Source: Candidatus Dojkabacteria bacterium UBA3081 (GTDB taxonomy: Bacteria > Patescibacteriota > Dojkabacteria > SC72). Taken from it: a stretch of DNA of 29,653 nt. Shown in pieces: positions 24,960 to 29,653 of the stretch. Position numbers and translations under genes: made by a program. The notes beneath the pieces were generated by a model that had not been told where the DNA came from, made no database searches, and saw only the letters and a list, made by a program, of their open reading frames with translations. Every line of letters begins with the position of its first letter. The stretch's first letter is position 1. The stretch spans positions 1 through 29,653 of the forward strand of contig DFBL01000023.1 in assembly GCA_002366615.1 (NCBI GenBank). The letters are read 5' to 3'.

Positions 24960-25900
24960 TTAGGAAAGGATTCAACTATTAACTTTGCTATGTTTACTGT
25001 CCCTTCTTTTATTTTCGTTTCATAAGCCTTAAATCCTGGGTTCATACTTATTTCCTGTAGTAATGGTTTGTTTTCTATTTCCATAATATCTACCGCAAGA
25101 AAATCGGCTTTGAGTTTTTGTGCAACATTTAACGCAAGTTCCTGGATTTTTGTTCCTGGTTTGTTGTAAGCAGAGTATTTTCCTTTCTTCACTGTCATGA
25201 AACCTTCCTTAGCTTCTCTCTTCCAACCACCTACAATATTACCCATACTAACAAATATTCTGTAGTCTATTTTACTACTTGAAAATTCCTGTATGAACAT
25301 CCTAGAGTAATTTAACTCTTTAAGATGTTCTTGTCTGTACCCATCTGCATTGTTAATTTTGAATACATTCTTTTTAATTTTCTTTTCCCCATTAATCAAT
25401 TCTATTCGATTTGCACCTGAGTACTCTTTCATAATTAAAGGGTAGGCATTGAGTACATCTCTGTGTGCAAGGTAGTTACCATCTGTTCTAAAGTAAGTGT
25501 TAAAGTAGGGGATACTGTTTTGAGAGCAGAAGAGTGCAAGTGCAATTTTGTTGTAGTAGGGGAGTTTTTTAATGGTTTTTTCATTTTGAACAAGGATCTT
25601 CTTTTCAGGATTGAGCACATTATATTGGTCAATGTAATCCACAATGTATTTTTTGAATTGATACTGTAACTCACTGTGTAAATCATGACCTCTGAATATG
25701 ATGTGAGTGTATTTTGTTATATCTTGACCTTTTGCTTTTATCAATGTTTCACCATTGATGAATTCAAATTCTAGTTCGTTTAGGTAGGTAAGAGAGTGGG
25801 GTATATTTTTTTTGTCCAATTCTTCAATTATCCTCTTTGAGGCATATGCAATTTTCTCACCAATTATTGGTTGTAGTTTGTCGATTATTAGGTAGTTCAT
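24956..25900 (-). CDS. Divergent RimK-like ATP-grasp protein
   Basis: NKIALA...IPYFNT, YPLIMK, FIQEF, DYRIFV, FLAVDIM, LQEISMNPGF. Confidence 0.7.
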   Translation of the reverse strand: MNYLIIDKLQPIIGEKIAYASKRIIEELDKKNIPHSLTYLNELEFEFINGETLIKAKGQDITKYTHIIFRGHDLHSELQYQFKKYIVDYIDQYNVLNPEKKILVQNEKTIKKLPYYNKIALALFCSQNSIPYFNTYFRTDGNYLAHRDVLNAYPLIMKEYSGANRIELINGEKKIKKNVFKINNADGYRQEHLKELNYSRMFIQEFSSSKIDYRIFVSMGNIVGGWKREAKEGFMTVKKGKYSAYNKPGTKIQELALNVAQKLKADFLAVDIMEIENKPLLQEISMNPGFKAYETKIKEGTVNIAKLIVESFPN

Positions 25901-25905
25901 ATTTT

Positions 25906-27600
25906 TTATATTGTCTTTATTTTATCTATTAATCCTTTTCTCTTGTATCTTTTTACTACTTTCATTTGCTCTTTTTCTTTAGAGAGTTCCTTTGTTATAT
26001 AAAGGGTATCAATGTAATCAAAACCTAGGCCATACTCTTTCACTTCATTCCAATCTCTAAAATGTAGCAAAATTACATCTAAGGAGGCATTGCATTTGAT
26101 AGCTTCTACATGTTGCCATCTATGAGCTTGGGAGTCCATCTCCATTCCATTAATGTAGTATTTTTCCCCCACTATCTCTCCCACATTCTGTTGCTGTTTA
26201 ATATCTTTCTTTTTTCTTAAAAGGGTAGGAAGATCATCTTTAGTTTGACCAACTAGTACAAATCTTTTACATTTGTTTTGTGCAAGTAGTTCATCTATGT
26301 AGGTATCTGCTACAGAGGCTCTCTGTGTGCCCAAAACAGGGTAGAGGTTTAGATAGGTCTCAGGCATTGTGTTTATCTCAAGAATAGCTCCATTATCCTT
26401 TGTTAAGGGTTTGGAGATGTCTTTACACATAACATCTACACCGAGGGTAAAGGCATGTACAGAGTGTGCAATGCTTTCAACAATGATTTGAATTTCTTTG
26501 CTTACTTCTTCAGTAAAGTCTTGGGTAATACCCCCTTGACTCATACTAGCAACCTTACGTACTTGTATCTTTTCATCTTTTTGGGGAACATAGTCTAGTG
26601 AGAGATTTTGTTCTTTAAGGTAGTTTAAGAGAGGCTTATCAATGTTTATAGGTTTTAATATATGTGCAGGATTTGAGAGGTCTCTTCTTGGGTCTTTGTT
26701 TTCTTCATTAATTAATTGGTCAATATTCTTTTTACCATTACCGACAATAAAAGCCGGAATTCTCTTAGTTGTTACCTGTAGTTTCCCATTTATAACTAAA
26801 AGCCTGTAATCTTCACCTTGCACCTGCTCTTGTATCATGATTTTTTTCTGCCAAGAGTTTCTATTTTTATCATTTACTTTTTCTTTTGCATAGTCGAAAG
26901 CTTTTTTGGCTTTTTCTATAGTATCAATTCCAACACTTACTCCTTTTCCTGCAGTTAAGCCTGTTGGTTTAATAACGACGGGTTTTTCGAACTCATCCCA
27001 CATCCCTTCGATAGATTTTTTTGTTGGTAACACCCCCCATTTTGGTAAAGGTAATTGCATTCTTTCGATGAAGATATTGGTTGCCCATTTGTCTCTTTGA
27101 AACTTCTGAGCCATATGTGTATCTTTAGTTGATGAAGCAGAGCCTGTAATATGTGAACCTCTTCCACAACCTAAAGTAAGATATCTGTTGAATGAATTGT
27201 CAAAGCCTTGATCACGATCTTCTAATCTGGGATACTCCAAAATGCTTGTTGTTATTTCAATATTTTTATTCATACAGGAATGCAAAAGAGATATAGTAGA
27301 CATTGATTTAATCCTCTTATTGATTAGAGTATTAATTATGAAAGAGGAAGCGTCTTTAAAGTTAGTAGAACTTTTTGATAGATTATTTAGAGTTTCTCCA
27401 GATTCTCTCCAAAGAAATGGTAATTTAGACCTTATAGTAAGTAGAGTGGGGGATATTTCATAGGAGTGAATAAAGATAGGGTGAAATGATGCTACTTTAT
27501 CTAGAATCTTTGACACATCTCCAATATTTGGACCTTCCAGATCTATTTTTACTGTTGTGAATTCTGATTCTAGATTTAATCCTTGTACTGTTTTTATCAT
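25906..27600 (-). CDS. Cyanophycin-synthetase-like protein: reduced N domain, ATP-grasp G domain, truncated degenerate Mur-like M domain
   Basis: KPVVIKP...GKGVS, IQEQVQGEDYRLLVINGK, RIPAFIVGNG, ASMSQGG, GVDVMCKDISKPL, ILEINTMP; tail VGEIVGEKYYING...LDVILLH...GLGFDYID resembles the start of the CphA M domain without its P-loop. Confidence 0.75.
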   Translation of the reverse strand: MIKTVQGLNLESEFTTVKIDLEGPNIGDVSKILDKVASFHPIFIHSYEISPTLLTIRSKLPFLWRESGETLNNLSKSSTNFKDASSFIINTLINKRIKSMSTISLLHSCMNKNIEITTSILEYPRLEDRDQGFDNSFNRYLTLGCGRGSHITGSASSTKDTHMAQKFQRDKWATNIFIERMQLPLPKWGVLPTKKSIEGMWDEFEKPVVIKPTGLTAGKGVSVGIDTIEKAKKAFDYAKEKVNDKNRNSWQKKIMIQEQVQGEDYRLLVINGKLQVTTKRIPAFIVGNGKKNIDQLINEENKDPRRDLSNPAHILKPINIDKPLLNYLKEQNLSLDYVPQKDEKIQVRKVASMSQGGITQDFTEEVSKEIQIIVESIAHSVHAFTLGVDVMCKDISKPLTKDNGAILEINTMPETYLNLYPVLGTQRASVADTYIDELLAQNKCKRFVLVGQTKDDLPTLLRKKKDIKQQQNVGEIVGEKYYINGMEMDSQAHRWQHVEAIKCNASLDVILLHFRDWNEVKEYGLGFDYIDTLYITKELSKEKEQMKVVKRYKRKGLIDKIKTI

Positions 27601-27608
27601 TATATTTA

Positions 27609-28589
27609 TTATACTATTTTAGATATGTAATCCATAATTGGTATTGCTACCTTAACAACTTCTCCCTGCTGTACTTTATAGTGTAAGCGCAATCCAGGAT
27701 TATAGTTTATTTCATTTATTACACATTTGGTAGGCTTTGTTATATCAGGTGTAATTATATCTACACCTCCAAATTTAGCACCTATTACACGAACAGATTC
27801 AATAGCTAAATCCTTATAGTATTGATGGGTTTCTTTAGAACACTCCTGTGTAGTCCCTCCTGTAGAGAGATTACAGTTATATCTTAGCCTTATCTCCTCT
27901 CTATCTTTAGGTATATATTTCATACTTATTCCTAGGTTATCTAGTCTCTGTTTTACTTCATTATCTATAGTTATTGGCTTGAGTAAATCTTTTTTTCTTC
28001 CTTTGTTCTTTTTTTCTATTAATTTTTTAATACTATCTTTACCATTTCCTGTAACAAAAGCAGACTTTCTTCTAACTATACCAATAACTTGGTTATCCAA
28101 TACTAAGAGTCGATAGTTATCACCTTGTATGAATTGTTCACCAATTACTTTGGTAGAACCTGTTCCCTTTGAGTGTTTTTTAGCATATGAATACGCTCTT
28201 AAAACATCTTTTCTATCTTTAGGAAGTAGTGTAACCCCTATACCACCAAGCTGTTGAGAGGGTTTTATGACGATATCCTTATAGTTATTAAAAAACCTAA
28301 CAGCATCCTCTTTGCTCTTAAGAGGCAATTGTTTAGGAACTGGCATATCAAATTTAGAAAGGACCCTGTTTGTTAGATTCTTCCTTTTAGCAATTGTAGT
28401 ACTTGGAGTATTTGTTAATGGTGTAGCAGTATTTATTATATACCAATGTTTTTTCTCCTTTCTAAATATTGCTAATAGTCCCTTTACTAAAACTTCATAC
28501 TCAATATTTAAACTGTCAGCAGCTTCTAAATAGTAGGCTAGATGTACATTTCCTGCTTCCTGAAGATATTGTTTATATGTTTTACTCAT
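27609..28589 (-). CDS. Stand-alone cyanophycin-synthetase/GshAB-type ATP-grasp ligase (G domain only), 326 aa
   Basis: IVIKP...GGIGVT, EQFIQGDNYRLLVL, RRKSAFVTGNG, NCNLSTGG, GGVDII, INEINYNPGLRLH. Start reassigned to MSKTYK (28589), 7 nt after TAAAAT; the track start (28628) lies inside the upstream gene. Confidence 0.8.
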   Translation of the reverse strand: MSKTYKQYLQEAGNVHLAYYLEAADSLNIEYEVLVKGLLAIFRKEKKHWYIINTATPLTNTPSTTIAKRKNLTNRVLSKFDMPVPKQLPLKSKEDAVRFFNNYKDIVIKPSQQLGGIGVTLLPKDRKDVLRAYSYAKKHSKGTGSTKVIGEQFIQGDNYRLLVLDNQVIGIVRRKSAFVTGNGKDSIKKLIEKKNKGRKKDLLKPITIDNEVKQRLDNLGISMKYIPKDREEIRLRYNCNLSTGGTTQECSKETHQYYKDLAIESVRVIGAKFGGVDIITPDITKPTKCVINEINYNPGLRLHYKVQQGEVVKVAIPIMDYISKIV

Positions 28590-28605
28590 GAATATGATTT
28601 TAAAG

Positions 28606-29653
28606 TTAAAAGGTATTACTTGTATCAATTAAATATCCAGACAGGTCTACTCTTCCCAGTGTTATGGGATATATACTATCTGCAGAGTTAGATGATACAA
28701 ATTCAGAAACTTTGTACTCCTTTGCCATCTTAAAAGGAACATCAAAAACAGGCCTTATCCTTATTTCTCCATCTTCAATAATTTTTGCTAATCTCTTTAT
28801 ATCAGTATCTTTACATACTTTTTGTTCATGTTTATCTATATACTCTTGAGCTTGCTTAAAACTATTGAAATTCTCAGGGATATTTGTCTTATTAAAATCT
28901 TTATGTGCTTGCATATATCCTATCCTATTTGCTAGTTTGGGATCTATTCTAGATGTTAATATTCCTGTATCCATAAAGGCTCTTACTAACTCTTTTGTAT
29001 TCTTTCTTCTACTACTAGATTTAGATATCTCTGTTTTTTTGTCATAAATATATATTTTTTCAGTAATATTAAGAACTTTCCTTCCACTTATTGCCTCAAT
29101 GCTTTCTTCAATTTCTCCCCCAAAAAGATTTTTAGAAACTCTAATACCGTGTTTAATACTTTTAATTTTTACATCCTTTATCTTTTCTAATCTCCATCTT
29201 AGACCAGCTTGATTGGCAACCTGTATTCCAAGACCAGGTCTTGCATTCATTTCGAATACAACGGGGCCTTTCTCTGCATCTAAAGCTATATCTACCCCTA
29301 TATATCCTAAGCCACTAACTTCTTGACATTTCAATGCTATCTCCAAGAGTTCATTCCAAAAAGGTATTTGTATACCACTTAGAGGTTTGTTTTCTTTAAG
29401 ATCTATTGTAGAATCAGTCATTTCATAGGTGTCACTTAGAAATGGACTCTTTTTCATATGCATGGAGTATGTAGTTATTCCTGTCCCTATATCTATACCA
29501 GTACATATTGCACCCGAATGGAGGTTAGCTGTTCCATCAGATTTTTTTGTTGGTAATCTGAGCATTGCCATTACAGGTACTTGGTTAAAGCATATTATTC
29601 TAATATCAGGTACACCTCTATAGGAGTACTGCTTAAGTAGAGTGTCTGTTTTA
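28606..29653 (-). CDS. Alpha-L-glutamate-ligase-like (ATPgrasp_ST) ATP-grasp enzyme fused to a C-terminal RimB/retropepsin-like protease domain; 5' end beyond the window
   Basis: Frame stays open from 29571 to the window edge (KTDTLLKQYSYRGVPDIRIICFNQVPVMAMLRLPT). Ligase motifs GVPDIRI, AMLRLPT, ANLHSGA, GVDI, FEMNARPGL; protease motifs AFMDTG..TSRID, RPV, YPITLGR..LSGYLID. Confidence 0.8.
   Translation of the reverse strand, partial: KTDTLLKQYSYRGVPDIRIICFNQVPVMAMLRLPTKKSDGTANLHSGAICTGIDIGTGITTYSMHMKKSPFLSDTYEMTDSTIDLKENKPLSGIQIPFWNELLEIALKCQEVSGLGYIGVDIALDAEKGPVVFEMNARPGLGIQVANQAGLRWRLEKIKDVKIKSIKHGIRVSKNLFGGEIEESIEAISGRKVLNITEKIYIYDKKTEISKSSSRRKNTKELVRAFMDTGILTSRIDPKLANRIGYMQAHKDFNKTNIPENFNSFKQAQEYIDKHEQKVCKDTDIKRLAKIIEDGEIRIRPVFDVPFKMAKEYKVSEFVSSNSADSIYPITLGRVDLSGYLIDTSNTF

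Overview
AT-rich (about one-third GC by eye, not computed), very compact bacterial chromosomal segment read with the standard code. The gene set and style (multi-LamG surface protein, PEGA protein, split ComEC, archaeal-type ProRS, stand-alone RuBisCO, mostly leaderless-looking starts) suggest a CPR/Patescibacteria genome, possibly Dojkabacteria (inference). Left to right: 5'-truncated LamG-repeat protein; membrane-anchored degenerate cyclophilin; comEA-comEC-MBL competence operon; tRNA-Arg(GCG), P-loop kinase, tRNA-Arg(TCG), argS; a 59-aa DUF1232 gene missing from the ORF track; tRNA-Pro(CGG); ECF sigma/anti-sigma/secreted-protein module; rlmN; RuBisCO large subunit retaining the catalytic residues; proS; uvrA; tRNA-Arg(CCT); processive GT2; PEGA protein; an mreB paralog with Asn at the phosphate-2 Asp. 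The standout is the right end (23.8-29.65 kb). It carries four tandem ATP-grasp ligases from three subfamilies: an alpha-L-glutamate-ligase-like enzyme fused to a RimB/retropepsin-like protease, two cyanophycin-synthetase-like proteins (one with CphA2-like architecture) and a divergent RimK-like protein. These converge on a DUF1704/MATCAP-type metallopeptidase encoded just behind mreB. This looks like a writer/eraser system for a peptide polymer or protein tail modification of unknown product. No mobile elements, CRISPR arrays or rRNA were seen. All family calls come from motif recognition, not database searches.
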